Source: Aulosira sp. ZfuVER01 (GTDB lineage: Bacteria > Cyanobacteriota > Cyanobacteriia > Cyanobacteriales > Nostocaceae). Taken from it: a stretch of 64,000 nucleotides of DNA. The position numbers were made by a program, and so were the translations under genes. The notes below the pieces were generated by a model that worked only from the letters and a program-made list of their open reading frames with translations, was not told where the DNA came from and searched no databases. The stretch covers positions 96,001 through 160,000 of the forward strand of contig JAVRCV020000071.1 of the NCBI GenBank assembly GCA_034530615.2. The letters run 5' to 3'. Shown in pieces: positions 1 through 10,886 of the stretch (the first letter of the stretch is position 1; each line of letters starts with the position of its first letter).

Positions 1-2
1 TT

Positions 3-1064
3 CTGGGGCTGATGTTTATTGGCATCACTTATTTATCCAATATGTATCATCTGGTGCCAGAAGAGGGACAAACAGTAGTTTCTCTTTTAGGTAGACAGAT
101 TTTGGGAAATGGCCCATTTTACTATTTTGTCCAAATTGTCACCCTGTTGGTTTTGCTGTTAGCGGCAAACACCAGCTATGCAGATTTCCCCAGACTTTGC
201 TACTTTTTGGCGCGAGATGGCTTTTTACCCAGACAATTATCCCTATTAGGCGATCGCTTAGTCTACTCAAACGGTATTATTCTCCTGAGCGTTTGTGCAG
301 GGATTTTAGTCATTATCTTTAAAGGACAAGTGAACGCCGTTATTCCCCTGTATGCAGTTGGTGTATTTACTTCCTTTACACTTTCGCAAGCTGGGATGGT
401 GCGTCACTGGTTCCAATCACGAGAATCAAATTGGCGTGCTAGCGCGCTTATGAATGGTTTAGGAGCCATTGCGACAGCTGTTGTACTGGGAGTAATTATT
501 TCAACTAAGTTTCTTTTGGGAGCTTGGCTAGTAGTAGTAGCTATTCCTTTAGTAGTGGCCCTATTTTTCAGCATTCACCGTCACTATCAATATGTAGCTG
601 AACGTCTGAGTGTTCAGGATATGGCACCTCGCAGTTATATTCCTCGACCTCAACCAACAGTAATTACTCATCCAGCTGTAGTGGTAGTAGGACAACTTAA
701 CCGAGGAACAGTAGAAGCTTTAGACTATGCACGCACCATCGCTGATGAAATTGTGGCAGTGCATGTAGATATTAACGGTTCTACAGACAGAGAAAAACTG
801 CAATCAAAATGGCGACAATTAGAGTCTGACATTCCTTTAGAAATTATTGACTCACCCTATCGCTCTGTGATTGAACCAATTGTCGATTTTGTCGCTCACT
901 TCGAGGAGCATCATCCAGATGTTTTCACAACTATTATTATTCCTGCTTTTGTGACTCGCAACTGGTGGGAGAGTCTTTTACATAACCAAACAACCTTGTT
1001 CTTAAAAACAGCTTTAAGAGCTAAAAAAAGTCGAGTTGTTTCCACTGTTAGGTATTACCTCTAA
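3..1064 (+). CDS. APC-family permease, KimA-like putative K+ transporter (5'-truncated by the window edge)
   Basis: The frame is open to the window edge. Multiple TM helices with AANTSYADFPRL and RLVYSNGI, then a cytoplasmic domain with SPYRSVIEP and WWESLLHNQT typical of KimA/YdaO-like proteins. Confidence 0.8.
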   Translation: MGLMFIGITYLSNMYHLVPEEGQTVVSLLGRQILGNGPFYYFVQIVTLLVLLLAANTSYADFPRLCYFLARDGFLPRQLSLLGDRLVYSNGIILLSVCAGILVIIFKGQVNAVIPLYAVGVFTSFTLSQAGMVRHWFQSRESNWRASALMNGLGAIATAVVLGVIISTKFLLGAWLVVVAIPLVVALFFSIHRHYQYVAERLSVQDMAPRSYIPRPQPTVITHPAVVVVGQLNRGTVEALDYARTIADEIVAVHVDINGSTDREKLQSKWRQLESDIPLEIIDSPYRSVIEPIVDFVAHFEEHHPDVFTTIIIPAFVTRNWWESLLHNQTTLFLKTALRAKKSRVVSTVRYYL

Positions 1065-1093
1065 CAGAATTTTCTCAAAATTACATATACATT

Positions 1094-1136
1094 AACCGGG
1101 TTTCTCTGCTTTATAGCAGTAAAAACCCGGTTTTTT
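1094..1136. terminator. Intrinsic terminator between convergent genes
   Basis: AACCGGGTTT...CTGCT-TTAT-AGCAG...AAACCCGGTT hairpin followed by a T-run. Confidence 0.7.
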
Positions 1137-1172
1137 AATGTCTTGGTAATTTTTGCTTTCGTAAAATACAGT

Positions 1173-4100
1173 TCAGTTCTTATACACTGCTTTCATCGGA
1201 ATTTCAATCGCAAACTCTGTACCCTCGCCTAGTTTGGAGGAACATCGAATTTGACCGTGATGTTTTTCCACTATTATTTGATAGCTAATAGATAACCCTA
1301 ATCCTGTACCTTTACCTAGTTCTTTGGTAGTAAAGAAGGGTTCAAAAATGTGCGATCGCACTTCTTCTGGAATCCCCAGACCATTATCAGCTATTTTAAT
1401 TAAAATTTGGTTGTTGACTATTTGAGTATTAATCCAGATGGTTAAGGGAATTGCTGGGCTGGTTTTTGATGATTTCAAATATTTTTCTTGTAGAGTTTTA
1501 TATTTGTCCTCTAATGCATCTACGCTGTTACTCAGGATATTCATTAGCACCTGATTGAGTTGTGCAGGATAGCATTCTACTAAAGGTAAGTCACCATATT
1601 CTTTGACAATTTCAATAGCTGGGCGCTCTCGATTATTTTTAAATCGATGTCCTAAAATCAGTAAAGTACTATCCAATCCTTCATGAATGTCTACTGCTTT
1701 TAATTCAGCCTCATCTGTACGAGAGAAATTACGCAATGATAGTACAATTTGGTGAATTCTCTCTGTTCCTACATTCATCGATTCAATAGTTTTGGGTAAA
1801 TCTTTGATAATAAAATCCAATTCAGGTTTATTAATTTGCTTTTGAATATCTGGTAATAAACTATCATTTTGGCGGTAAAGTTTCACTACCTTTAGCAGTT
1901 CTTGAGTATATTCATTTAAATGAATGAGATTACCAAAAATAAAACTGACAGGATTGTTAATTTCATGAGCAACTCCGGCAATTAGTTGTCCTAAGCCAGC
2001 CATTTTTTCACCCTGAATTAACCGCGATTGAGTTTGTTTTAACTCTTGTAAAGCTTGTGTAAGTTCTAAAGTTTGACGTTTAGTGCGTTCGAGTAATTCC
2101 CCTTGCTGAATAGCAATTCCTAATTGCACGCCTACTTGAGCCAATAAATTGATTTCTTCATCTTTCCAATAGCGTGGTTGGGAATTTTGATAAGCAACTA
2201 GTAACCCCCATAATTGTTCACCTTGTCGGATGGGAACAAAAGTTTCGTTGCGTGGTAGCTCGTTATCATCGTCTGTATCTTCAAAGGTTTCTAGAAGCAT
2301 GGGTTGGGCTTGCGTTAGAGGTTTCCAACCATCTTTGAAGGAATCTGCCACAAATTTACCACTCCAATCTGTGTTAAAGCGGTAGATAGCAACTCGCTCA
2401 ACTTCAAGCAATTCCCTAACAGCTTGAGTAGTAGTTTTAAAAATAGTTTTAATGTCGAGAGATTGGCGGATTTTATCAACGGTTGCAGCTAGCAGCTTTT
2501 GCCTTTCCATTGCTTTTTCTCGCTCAGTAGCTTCTGCTAACTGGACAGCCTGCATTTGAAATTGCTTTAAATAAGAATCTTGTTTTAATGCCACTCCTAA
2601 TTGCTCGGCTATTTGACTCACAAATTCAATTTCCGAGGGTTGCCAATGACGAGGTGCATCACATTGATGAATACAAAGTAATCCCCAAAGTTCGCCGTTT
2701 TTTAACAGAGGTGCAACCATATTTGCACGCACTTGAAATCTTTCTAGTATTTGGATATAGCAGGCTTGAAACTTTCCTTGATAAATATCAGCGATCGCAT
2801 TGACTCGACCTTGCGCGTAAAGATGTGCAAAACTTTCACTAAAGCAGTGATCGTAAACTTTTTCTGCTATTGCAGAATTCCAGTCGGGAGCGACATCTTC
2901 ATAGACAAATTCTCCTTCCCAGTCTGTTTGATGGTCAAAGCGAAAAACCCCGACTCGGTTGGCTTTGAGTAGTTGTCTGACTTCGGTGACAGAGATTTGA
3001 AAAATTGTGTCTAAATCTAAAGACTCACGAATTCGAGCAATGACACCAGTTAAGGTCTTTTGTTGCTCTGTCTGGTATCGGGCTTCTACTAAAAGTTCAT
3101 TGTGTTGAAGGACAACTCCCAAGTTCTCTGCTATTTGACTGACAAATTCAATTTCAATAGTCTGCCAAGTTCGAGGATTATTGCATTGATGAACACACAA
3201 AAAGCCCCATAAATTCCCTCTTTTCAGCAAAGATACTACCAGATTTGCCCGGACTTGGAATTTGTTCCAAATCGCAACATCTGATTCATTTAATCCAGCG
3301 TCCGAGATATCTGTAACTACTTGCAAAAGTCCTGGTTGGTTATCAGCTGCAAACTGTTCCTTAAAATATTGGTCGGCGACTTTTGCTGCGATTACCGAGT
3401 CCCAACCAGGTACAACATCTTCAGAAATAAATTCTCCTTCCCAGTCTTTTTGAGGGTCAAATTGGAAGACTGCTACTCGGTCTGCTTGCAGCATTTGCCG
3501 CACTTCTGTAACTGTAGTTTGGAAGATTTTATCTAAATCCAGGGACTCGCGAATGCGAGTAATGACGCCAGTTAATGTTTTTTGCTGCTCTGCTTGGTAC
3601 TGAGCTTGGGCTAGCAACTGATGATGTCGCAATGCTACACCAATTTGTGTGCCAATTTTGGTTAGTGATTCAATTTCATAAGATTGCCATTGTCTGGGTG
3701 CAGAATTTTGATAAGCTGCAATGATTCCCCAGAGTTGGTTTCCTTGAAGAATGGGGGCTGTTGCAAAGGCTTTTGCCTGAAATTGCTCTAACAAGTTCAC
3801 GTGACAATCTGTTAATCCAGCTTGATAAATGTTATTGGCTGTAAATGTCTGATTGTTAACGTAACGTCCCCCTTGATTTTGCTGTAAATAAGTATCAGCG
3901 ATCGCAGACTGAACGTTAACTAAGGGAGTCCAACCTTCAGCTAGTGATTCAGCAACAAAATTACCAGTCCAATCGCCATTAAAGCGAAAGATTGCCACTC
4001 TGTCAGCTTGCAACAAGTCGCGTATTTCTTGAGTTGTCGTGGCAAAGATGCTTTCAATATCCAGAGGCGCACGTATTTTATCAACAATCTGAGCAATTAC

Positions 4101-4724
4101 GCGATCGCGCTGGGCAGCTTGAGCTAATTGTGCGGCTTGTAATTGGGCTTCATAGAAAAGCTGCGCTTGTTGAATCGCTACTGTTAGATGGTTAGCAATT
4201 TGGCGAATAAATTCAATTTCCGATTCTTTCCAGTTACGAGCTTCACTGCACTGATGAATACAAAGCAATCCCCACAGTTCCTTCTCCTTCAATAGAGGAA
4301 CAACCAGGTTGGCGCGTACCTGCATTTTACTCAAAATTTCTATATAAAAATCACTCAGTCCTGCCTCATAAATATTAGCGACAGCTTGCACTCGACCTTG
4401 TTGATACTCAGCAGCAAATTCTTCTCCAAAGTAGTGGTCATGGATTTTAAGTGCCATTACCGAGTCCCAACCATCTGCAACATCCTCGCAAACAAATTCT
4501 CCCTCCCAGTTATTTTGAGGATCAAACTGAAAGACTGCTACTCGGTCTGCATTCAGCAATTGCAGTACAGCTGTAACGGTAGTTTGAAAAATCGTTTCTA
4601 AGTCAAGAGACTCCCGAATTCGTACAATTACGTTCGTTAGAGCTTTTTGTTGCTCTAGTTGTTCTTGCAGTTGAGTGCTTGACAATAGAAGTTGATTTTC
4701 CGGAGAAGTTGAATTGAATTCCAT
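1173..4724 (-). CDS. Multi-GAF cyanobacteriochrome sensor histidine kinase (5 GAF + HisKA + HATPase)
   Basis: Repeated IRESLDL...ADRV...LWG GAF units. GAF2 has DTYL...DCH and GAF4 has DHCF...ACY. H-box AHEINNP and G-boxes DNGLGI and GKGTGLGL are present. Confidence 0.9.
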   Translation of the reverse strand: MEFNSTSPENQLLLSSTQLQEQLEQQKALTNVIVRIRESLDLETIFQTTVTAVLQLLNADRVAVFQFDPQNNWEGEFVCEDVADGWDSVMALKIHDHYFGEEFAAEYQQGRVQAVANIYEAGLSDFYIEILSKMQVRANLVVPLLKEKELWGLLCIHQCSEARNWKESEIEFIRQIANHLTVAIQQAQLFYEAQLQAAQLAQAAQRDRVIAQIVDKIRAPLDIESIFATTTQEIRDLLQADRVAIFRFNGDWTGNFVAESLAEGWTPLVNVQSAIADTYLQQNQGGRYVNNQTFTANNIYQAGLTDCHVNLLEQFQAKAFATAPILQGNQLWGIIAAYQNSAPRQWQSYEIESLTKIGTQIGVALRHHQLLAQAQYQAEQQKTLTGVITRIRESLDLDKIFQTTVTEVRQMLQADRVAVFQFDPQKDWEGEFISEDVVPGWDSVIAAKVADQYFKEQFAADNQPGLLQVVTDISDAGLNESDVAIWNKFQVRANLVVSLLKRGNLWGFLCVHQCNNPRTWQTIEIEFVSQIAENLGVVLQHNELLVEARYQTEQQKTLTGVIARIRESLDLDTIFQISVTEVRQLLKANRVGVFRFDHQTDWEGEFVYEDVAPDWNSAIAEKVYDHCFSESFAHLYAQGRVNAIADIYQGKFQACYIQILERFQVRANMVAPLLKNGELWGLLCIHQCDAPRHWQPSEIEFVSQIAEQLGVALKQDSYLKQFQMQAVQLAEATEREKAMERQKLLAATVDKIRQSLDIKTIFKTTTQAVRELLEVERVAIYRFNTDWSGKFVADSFKDGWKPLTQAQPMLLETFEDTDDDNELPRNETFVPIRQGEQLWGLLVAYQNSQPRYWKDEEINLLAQVGVQLGIAIQQGELLERTKRQTLELTQALQELKQTQSRLIQGEKMAGLGQLIAGVAHEINNPVSFIFGNLIHLNEYTQELLKVVKLYRQNDSLLPDIQKQINKPELDFIIKDLPKTIESMNVGTERIHQIVLSLRNFSRTDEAELKAVDIHEGLDSTLLILGHRFKNNRERPAIEIVKEYGDLPLVECYPAQLNQVLMNILSNSVDALEDKYKTLQEKYLKSSKTSPAIPLTIWINTQIVNNQILIKIADNGLGIPEEVRSHIFEPFFTTKELGKGTGLGLSISYQIIVEKHHGQIRCSSKLGEGTEFAIEIPMKAVYKN

Positions 4725-5058
4725 TGCTCTTCGTTATGGGAATTTTCTTAAAAAGTTGCTTTCTACCAAACTTCTGTAGGGTTACAGACACTGCAAAATT
4801 TTTTCAGTGTCCAACTTCGAGAAGATAGTTAGATCTATATTTCCCGTTTATTTATCTATCTTTGCAATGGTTGAAGTTTTACTTGGATGAGCTACAAGCA
4901 TTAGAGGATAGGTAACAAAACTGTTGCTTCTCCCCCGTTTCCTCTGGGAAAATGGGCGATCGCGCATTCAAAATTGAATTCTAATTCCGGAAAATCTGCT
5001 GAGGTTTGATAGTACTTTGCTGGAGTAGGATCTTAATCAAGTACTTATACTGAGTATT

Positions 5059-5484
5059 ATGTCTAAACTACTGCCAGCCTTCTTAGCCGCTGTTACCCTT
5101 CTCATAACCTCAACTAATCACCCTAGTGCCACACTGGCAGGAACTTGTGCCTCTAAGTGCGGGCCGCGTCCAATTCAATTTACTCCCGGTCAATCCGTCC
5201 GCTTAGAAGTAGTAAATAGAACACGGGAAATAGTAAAATTAGAGAAAATCCAAGGAACTGACCCCATTCCCCTGCGACCAGGACAAGAATTACAATTTGT
5301 CCAAGGTGATGAAACACAACCAAAGATTTCTCTGGTGTTTTGGGATGAAATGGGATTGCCACTACAAGCCATTATTTCTAAACCCGACTTTGGTACTTTA
5401 CGAGTAGAACTCCGTCCTGGTAGACGTAACCCAGGCGATCGCTCTCTCTATATGATGAGTGATGGTCATGTCAATGTGTATTAA
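5059..5484 (+). CDS. Hypothetical exported protein
   Basis: 141-aa ORF with a signal-peptide-like N-terminus and a CASKC motif. Confidence 0.7.
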   Translation: MSKLLPAFLAAVTLLITSTNHPSATLAGTCASKCGPRPIQFTPGQSVRLEVVNRTREIVKLEKIQGTDPIPLRPGQELQFVQGDETQPKISLVFWDEMGLPLQAIISKPDFGTLRVELRPGRRNPGDRSLYMMSDGHVNVY

Positions 5485-5570
5485 AAGCTAGCAAAAGCGA
5501 TTACTTTACGCTATTAGTTATGAGTTAGGAAATAAGTTTAAATCAAAAATCCTAACTCATAACTTTTATT

Positions 5571-7703
5571 GTGCTAGATGTAGTTCGCTCAGAAACCACA
5601 AAACCTCGTAGGCGCTTACCAAATCAACGTTGGCAAATTTATCCGCAAAAAGCAGAATTTGCTCAAAAATTGGCTGTGGCAAGTCATATTTCTCCTATTA
5701 TCAGCCAACTGCTCATTAACCGGGGTATTGAAACCCTAGAAGCAGCACAAGCATTTTTAGAGCCAGAATCTTTAATCTTACCTGCGCCATTGGAAGAATT
5801 CCCAGATTTGGCAATCAGTGTAGAGTTACTGCAAAATGCGATCGCTTCTGAAGAAAAAATTGCGATCTGCGGTGATTACGATGCTGATGGAATGACTAGC
5901 ACCGCTTTACTGTTGCGCAGTCTCCGTGCTTTAGGGGCTAATGTTGATTACGCTATCCCCAGCCGAATGCATGATGGTTATGGTATAAATAAACGAATTG
6001 TTGAAGAATTCCACAGCGAAGGCGTAGGCTTAATTCTGACTGTCGATAATGGTATCTCCGCAGTTGAACCAATAGCCAGAGCCAGAGAACTAGGTTTAAA
6101 GGTAATTGTCACAGACCACCACGACATTCCCCAAAAATTACCAGAAGCGAATGCTATTCTCAACCCCAAATTGATCGCCGAATCTTCCCCTTACCGGGGT
6201 GTTGCGGGTGTAGGTGTCGCTTATATTTTGGCGGTGTCTCTCGCACAACAGCTTGGAGAAATTAGAGGCTTAGTTCAGCCGATGCTAGCACTATTTACTC
6301 TGGGAACGATCGCAGATTTAGCTCCCTTAACTGGCGTCAACCGCCGTTGGGTAAAACGTGGTTTACAGCATCTACCCAAGTCTAATTTACCTGGGATACA
6401 GGCTTTGATTCAGATAGCTGGAGTACAAGCGAGGAGGGAAGGACAAGGGGATACTGAGACACGGAGACAGGGAGACAATTACCTCACCGCGTCTTTGCGT
6501 CCCAACGTCCCCGCGTCTTCTACAAAATCCCTAAAGCCAGAGGATATTGGGTTTCGTCTGGGGCCAAGAATTAATGCGATTGGTCGGATTGGCGATCCGC
6601 AGATTGTGATTGATCTGCTAACGACCGATGATATGGGGATAGCGCTGGAAAGAGCGATGCAATGCGAAGGCGTGAACCAGCAGCGCCAGGAAATGTGTGA
6701 GCAAATTGAACAAGAAGCGATCGCTTATGTAGAGACTGAATTTGTCACCTCACTCCAGCAAGACCGGGTATTGGTTGTTGTTCAACCAAACTGGCATCAT
6801 GGTGTAATTGGAATTGTCGCTTCTCGCTTGGTAGAACGCTACGGTGTCCCGGTGTTTATTGGTACTTATGAGGATGAAACACACATTCGCGGTTCCGCAA
6901 GAGGAATTCCTGAATTTAATGTGTTTGAAGCTTTACAAGCTTGTCACGAATTATTAGGTAAATATGGCGGACACAAAGCCGCTGGGGGATATTCTTTACA
7001 AGCACAGAATTTATCAGCAGTGCGATCGCGTTTAATTGAGTTTGCCAATCAATGTCTGGAACCCCAGCATCTCAAGCCACTACTTAAAATTGATACCCAA
7101 GTAAATTTTAGTGAAATCGATCGCCAGCTTTATCAGCAACTGAATGCTCTACATCCTTGCGGTATCGACAACCCCGATCCGGTATTCTGGACACCTAATG
7201 TTCAAGTAGTTGAGCAACAAATAGTTGGTAAGGGTCACATCAAACTCACACTTGCGCAAACTATCGATCGTCAACAGTACAAGATTAAGGCGATCGCTTG
7301 GCGCTGGCGTGACTACTATCCCCTACCGTCGCGAGTCGATGTAGCTTATAAACTCAGAGAAAATACTTTCAATGGCAATACCAGCATTGAGATGGAATTA
7401 ATAGGCTTGAGACTTGCAACACAGTCTCACCTATTTTTCACTTCCCCACCACGTCCCTTAAGAACCACCTTTGAGTACAAGCAGCGCCAATATAGTTGTG
7501 GTATCTTTCAACAGGGTTCACTACCAGAATTAAGAATTAAAAATCCTGAAGGCAAAGTCTTAGTTATGCAACCAGGACATACAATTGGGTTACTGGGCAA
7601 TAGTCGGGAAGATGCTCAAGAGGTGGATGTTTGTCAACCACAGTACGACGGTATTATTCAAGCTGCCCTTCAGGCTTTATCCGTGCTGAGTCATGAATCC
7701 TGA
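5571..7703 (+). CDS. recJ: ssDNA-specific exonuclease RecJ
   Basis: DHH-family motifs GDYDADG, TVDNG and TDHH, plus GPRINAIGR, GSARG and GGHKAAGG. Confidence 0.95.
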   Translation: MLDVVRSETTKPRRRLPNQRWQIYPQKAEFAQKLAVASHISPIISQLLINRGIETLEAAQAFLEPESLILPAPLEEFPDLAISVELLQNAIASEEKIAICGDYDADGMTSTALLLRSLRALGANVDYAIPSRMHDGYGINKRIVEEFHSEGVGLILTVDNGISAVEPIARARELGLKVIVTDHHDIPQKLPEANAILNPKLIAESSPYRGVAGVGVAYILAVSLAQQLGEIRGLVQPMLALFTLGTIADLAPLTGVNRRWVKRGLQHLPKSNLPGIQALIQIAGVQARREGQGDTETRRQGDNYLTASLRPNVPASSTKSLKPEDIGFRLGPRINAIGRIGDPQIVIDLLTTDDMGIALERAMQCEGVNQQRQEMCEQIEQEAIAYVETEFVTSLQQDRVLVVVQPNWHHGVIGIVASRLVERYGVPVFIGTYEDETHIRGSARGIPEFNVFEALQACHELLGKYGGHKAAGGYSLQAQNLSAVRSRLIEFANQCLEPQHLKPLLKIDTQVNFSEIDRQLYQQLNALHPCGIDNPDPVFWTPNVQVVEQQIVGKGHIKLTLAQTIDRQQYKIKAIAWRWRDYYPLPSRVDVAYKLRENTFNGNTSIEMELIGLRLATQSHLFFTSPPRPLRTTFEYKQRQYSCGIFQQGSLPELRIKNPEGKVLVMQPGHTIGLLGNSREDAQEVDVCQPQYDGIIQAALQALSVLSHES
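6432..6520 (+). repeat. In-frame STRR-like repeat insertion inside recJ
   Basis: GGAGACAC/G-type 8-mers followed by complementary CCGCGTCT-type 8-mers, encoding the low-complexity REGQGDTETRRQGDNYLTASLRPNVPASS. Confidence 0.6.
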
Positions 7704-7749
7704 GTGTTTAGTTACTAGTTTTGAGTTGAGAATTTTACAATTTTCTACA

Positions 7750-7800
7750 ACTCAACACTCTTTACTTAATACTCAGCACTCTTCACTCAGCACTCAATAC
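7750..7800 (+). repeat. STRR heptamer tandem repeat (AGCACTC-like)
   Basis: Degenerate 7-nt units between recJ and psb30. Confidence 0.6.
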
Positions 7801-7802
7801 TT

Positions 7803-7925
7803 TTACAGGTTGCCGTTGCGAAATGCCAGCACAAAAATTACAGCAGGGCCAGCAAGCACAATCAAAGCAACAAAGAGTAATTGAAAAATAACTTCCCAAT
7901 TGATACTGGCTAAAGCTTCAAACAT
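7803..7925 (-). CDS. psb30: Photosystem II subunit Psb30 (Ycf12)
   Basis: Missing from the ORF track. Manual translation gives [40 protein letters not shown], with a GGGAGG RBS upstream. Confidence 0.95.
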   Translation of the reverse strand: MFEALASINWEVIFQLLFVALIVLAGPAVIFVLAFRNGNL

Positions 7926-8127
7926 TTGTTTCCTCCCAATTGTCTTAAAAAATTCAATAACTGACAGTTACAAAACCCGCAATCGATCATATCCGGCGAT
8001 GGACTGCTAGATTTAATTTACTTAACAAAATTATAAAAAAAGAAATAAAAATGTAAGATCAGAGGACTGGACGATGACGGAAATAAGGGAAATGAGGGAG
8101 CAGAGAAAGAAATAACTATTGCCTTCT

Positions 8128-8177
8128 TGCCCAATGCCCCATGCCCAATGCCCAATGCCCAATGCCCAATGCCCAAT
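8128..8177 (+). repeat. STRR heptamer tandem repeat (TGCCCAA)n
   Basis: About 7 tandem copies of TGCCCAA/TGCCCCA. Confidence 0.9.
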
Positions 8178-8193
8178 AACAAATACCTAAATC

Positions 8194-8544
8194 ATGGCAA
8201 CTTGGCAATGTATCAAGCAATGTGGAGCCTGCTGTAATCTTGATCCAGCAGAGCGCCCAGACATAGAAGAGTACCTTTCACCCGCCGAATTGGAACTTTA
8301 CCTAAGTATGGTAGGTGAAGGCGGATGGTGCGTTAATTTCGACCATAATACGCGAGAATGTCGCATTTACCCAAATCGTCCTCGTTTCTGCCGCGTAGAA
8401 ACCGAAATATTTCAGGATATGTATGGAATTGAGCCAGAAGATTTAAACGATTTTGCGATTGACTGCTGTCGCCAACAGATAGAAGGAGTATATGGCGATC
8501 GCAGTTTGGAAATGATCCGCTTTAACAAAGCTGTTGGTATTTGA
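8194..8544 (+). CDS. YkgJ-family cysteine-cluster (Zn/Fe-chelating) protein
   Basis: CIKQCGACC ... WCVNFD ... CRIYPNRPRFCR. Confidence 0.85.
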   Translation: MATWQCIKQCGACCNLDPAERPDIEEYLSPAELELYLSMVGEGGWCVNFDHNTRECRIYPNRPRFCRVETEIFQDMYGIEPEDLNDFAIDCCRQQIEGVYGDRSLEMIRFNKAVGI

Positions 8545-8652
8545 GCCAAACAAAGGTTTTTGAATTGGATTGCAGTTACGGTTGCAATTTATTACAACAA
8601 TCTGAGAAAATGAGAAGAATATGAAAACAACCTAGTAATAAAATTACTGCCT

Positions 8653-9084
8653 GTGAAACTTGACTCTGCACCCTTGAGCCTTTCTGGCATATCTCAGACT
8701 GAAAGCCAGCCAGAACTCAAAGAAAGTACCGATATTAACTTAACGACTGCGATCGTTGAGCCACTTCAGTCTGTAGTAGCCGATAGCCCAAAAAAGCCAG
8801 AATCAGTAGCAGTTATTTTTGGTACGACTTTCGTCACCATATTTCTAGCGGAAATTGGCGATAAAACTCAGCTATCTACCTTATTAATGAGTGCAGAATC
8901 TCATGCACCGTGGGTAGTTTTCATAGGATCTGCGGCTGCACTCATAACCACCAGTTTATTAGGCGTACTTTTAGGGAGTTGGATAGCCAACCGACTCAGC
9001 CCCAAAACCGTAGAGAAATCAGCAGGTGTGATGTTATTGTTCATTTCCCTCATGCTGTTTTGGGATGTAGTTATTGGTCATTAG
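8653..9084 (+). CDS. UPF0016/TMEM165/GDT1 half-transporter (Hmx1-like, putative Mn2+/Ca2+ exchanger subunit)
   Basis: One EIGDKTQ motif and 3 TM helices. Confidence 0.85.
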   Translation: MKLDSAPLSLSGISQTESQPELKESTDINLTTAIVEPLQSVVADSPKKPESVAVIFGTTFVTIFLAEIGDKTQLSTLLMSAESHAPWVVFIGSAAALITTSLLGVLLGSWIANRLSPKTVEKSAGVMLLFISLMLFWDVVIGH

Positions 9085-9160
9085 TCAAGAGTCAAAGGTC
9101 ATTGGTAATTTCCTGTTTGTCTCCCTTGTCTTCCTCATCTCCCTCATCTCATTAAATAAT

Positions 9161-9448
9161 ATGGATTGGCATCTTTTAGGACTAAGCTTTATTACAGTTT
9201 TTCTATCAGAATTAGGTGACAAGAGCCAGTTAGCTGCGATCGCTCTTTCTGGTCGCAGTAATTCTCCGCGTGCTGTGTTTTTTGGTACTGCGGCTGCTTT
9301 ATTGTTAACTAGCTTGTTGGGAGCATTAGCAGGGGGAGCCGTTGCAGAATTTTTACCCACTCGCTTATTAAAAGCGATCGCGGCGGTGGGATTTGCCATA
9401 CTCGCCGCACGCCTGCTATTTTTTAACGATTCTGAATCTCAAGAATAG
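9161..9448 (+). CDS. UPF0016/TMEM165/GDT1 half-transporter (Hmx2-like)
   Basis: One ELGDKSQ motif. The likely start is ATG at 9161 (MDWHLL), because the upstream ORF extension is STRR sequence. Confidence 0.85.
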   Translation: MDWHLLGLSFITVFLSELGDKSQLAAIALSGRSNSPRAVFFGTAAALLLTSLLGALAGGAVAEFLPTRLLKAIAAVGFAILAARLLFFNDSESQE

Positions 9449-9472
9449 ACAAGAATAAATATATTCAACAAA

Positions 9473-9501
9473 AAAGACGCCAAGAAGTTCTTAGCGTCTT
9501 T
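9473..9501. terminator. Bidirectional intrinsic terminator
   Basis: AAAGACGC-CAAGAAGTTCTTA-GCGTCTTT, flanked by A- and T-runs, between convergent genes. Confidence 0.7.
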
Positions 9502-9524
9502 ATTTTTTGCACAAGATGGGAATT

Positions 9525-10016
9525 TTAAGCTTGCTGTTTCCAGCACCAGTTTAAAAGCACACCACCTGTTACCAGCTTGATAACTTCTAGAACCCAATAA
9601 CTACCGTGAAGTAAATTCATTGTTGCTGGAATAGTAGTCTCTACATCAAATGCATTGAGATGAACTCCAATTGCACTCATCTGCGGAGTTAAGAAATAAG
9701 TATCAAGCAAAGCTATCGCCAACAGCAGCACAGATAAAACAATACCGCTCCGACGCCAGTTTACTTGAGTTCTGCTTAAAGCTAGTACACCAGTTAAAAC
9801 TACAGCAGCAGACAATAATTCCACACGATTAAAATTCCAAAAAATTACATAGCCAACTGTAGAAAAACTCGCTTGTGTCATCATGCCAGAAATGTACAGA
9901 CTAGGCATAATTACCCAATCTAAAATTAGGCTAGCACTGAGCCAAAAGCCTAAAGTTAATAAGACAGCAGGTTGCCAAAAGGACTGCTTGAATTGAAGGT
10001 TAGAAATAGTATGCAT
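9525..10016 (-). CDS. DUF4149-like membrane protein
   Basis: Four TM helices with FNRVE, LTPQM and MNLLH motifs. Confidence 0.7.
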   Translation of the reverse strand: MHTISNLQFKQSFWQPAVLLTLGFWLSASLILDWVIMPSLYISGMMTQASFSTVGYVIFWNFNRVELLSAAVVLTGVLALSRTQVNWRRSGIVLSVLLLAIALLDTYFLTPQMSAIGVHLNAFDVETTIPATMNLLHGSYWVLEVIKLVTGGVLLNWCWKQQA

Positions 10017-10236
10017 AAGAATAATTGCTGTGTTGTATTCTTAGTTTCGATCTCTAAGCATGACTTTGACAACACTTATCAATTATCCGTTACAAAGAAA
10101 TTGTGACTTTCAATAGTAAATAGAACTATTGTTTAGTTTTATTACTAAAGTAGTCGTTGCAATAACTTTATTTAAAGTTGTTTGTGCTGTTGAGCGATCG
10201 CTTCAATCTGAATGATGAACATTGCAATAGTACAAC

Positions 10237-10878
10237 TCATCTATTCCCTTGATAGCCTTCAGCTAAATCCTCATCAAGAACGCGACGCACATGAATAAAC
10301 TCATCTGCTGCGGATATCTGAAGTAAATCTTCTACTTTTTTCCTAACTCTGCTCTTTATAGGTTGAGCTGGGTTCCCTGCATAAATTGTCATTGGCTCTA
10401 ACGAACGCCCTGTCACTCCCCCTAATGTCAGCACTGCTCCTCGTCCAACTGTAACTCCAGGGCCAATTACCGACTTAGCTGCAATCCAACTACTCTCATG
10501 AATATGAATTGGTGCAGGAATCAGTTTAAAATCCGGATGATACCAGTCATGATTGCCAGTGCAGAGATAGACCCCTTGCGATAAACACACATGACTTTCA
10601 ATTACCACAGGCGCAAGGTTATCAATCCAAGTACTTTCCCCAATCCAAACACAATCACCAACAGTCAAACGCCAAGGAAACTTTACCCGCACTCCTGGTT
10701 TCAGACGGACTTTTTGACCAATGCTAGCTCCAAAACTGCGAAGTACCCAAACTTTTAAAGTTGAAATGGGTAGCCAATTACTTTCAACTATAGGCGATCC
10801 GAGGAAGTACCACAAAAGTTGCTTCCACTGGGGTGCGCCAGGAGTATAACTGCCAAGCGTATAGTTATCTAAATGCAT
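10237..10878 (-). CDS. WcaF-family polysaccharide acetyltransferase (LbH)
   Basis: LRSFGASIG, VKFPWRL, CTGNHD, hexapeptide repeats and GNPA. Confidence 0.9.
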   Translation of the reverse strand: MHLDNYTLGSYTPGAPQWKQLLWYFLGSPIVESNWLPISTLKVWVLRSFGASIGQKVRLKPGVRVKFPWRLTVGDCVWIGESTWIDNLAPVVIESHVCLSQGVYLCTGNHDWYHPDFKLIPAPIHIHESSWIAAKSVIGPGVTVGRGAVLTLGGVTGRSLEPMTIYAGNPAQPIKSRVRKKVEDLLQISAADEFIHVRRVLDEDLAEGYQGNR

Positions 10879-10886
10879 AAAGTGAG

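Noticed and set aside
9074..9160. N-terminal extension of the second UPF0016 ORF
   Set aside because: It is composed of STRR repeats and overlaps the previous gene. ATG at 9161 is the more plausible start.
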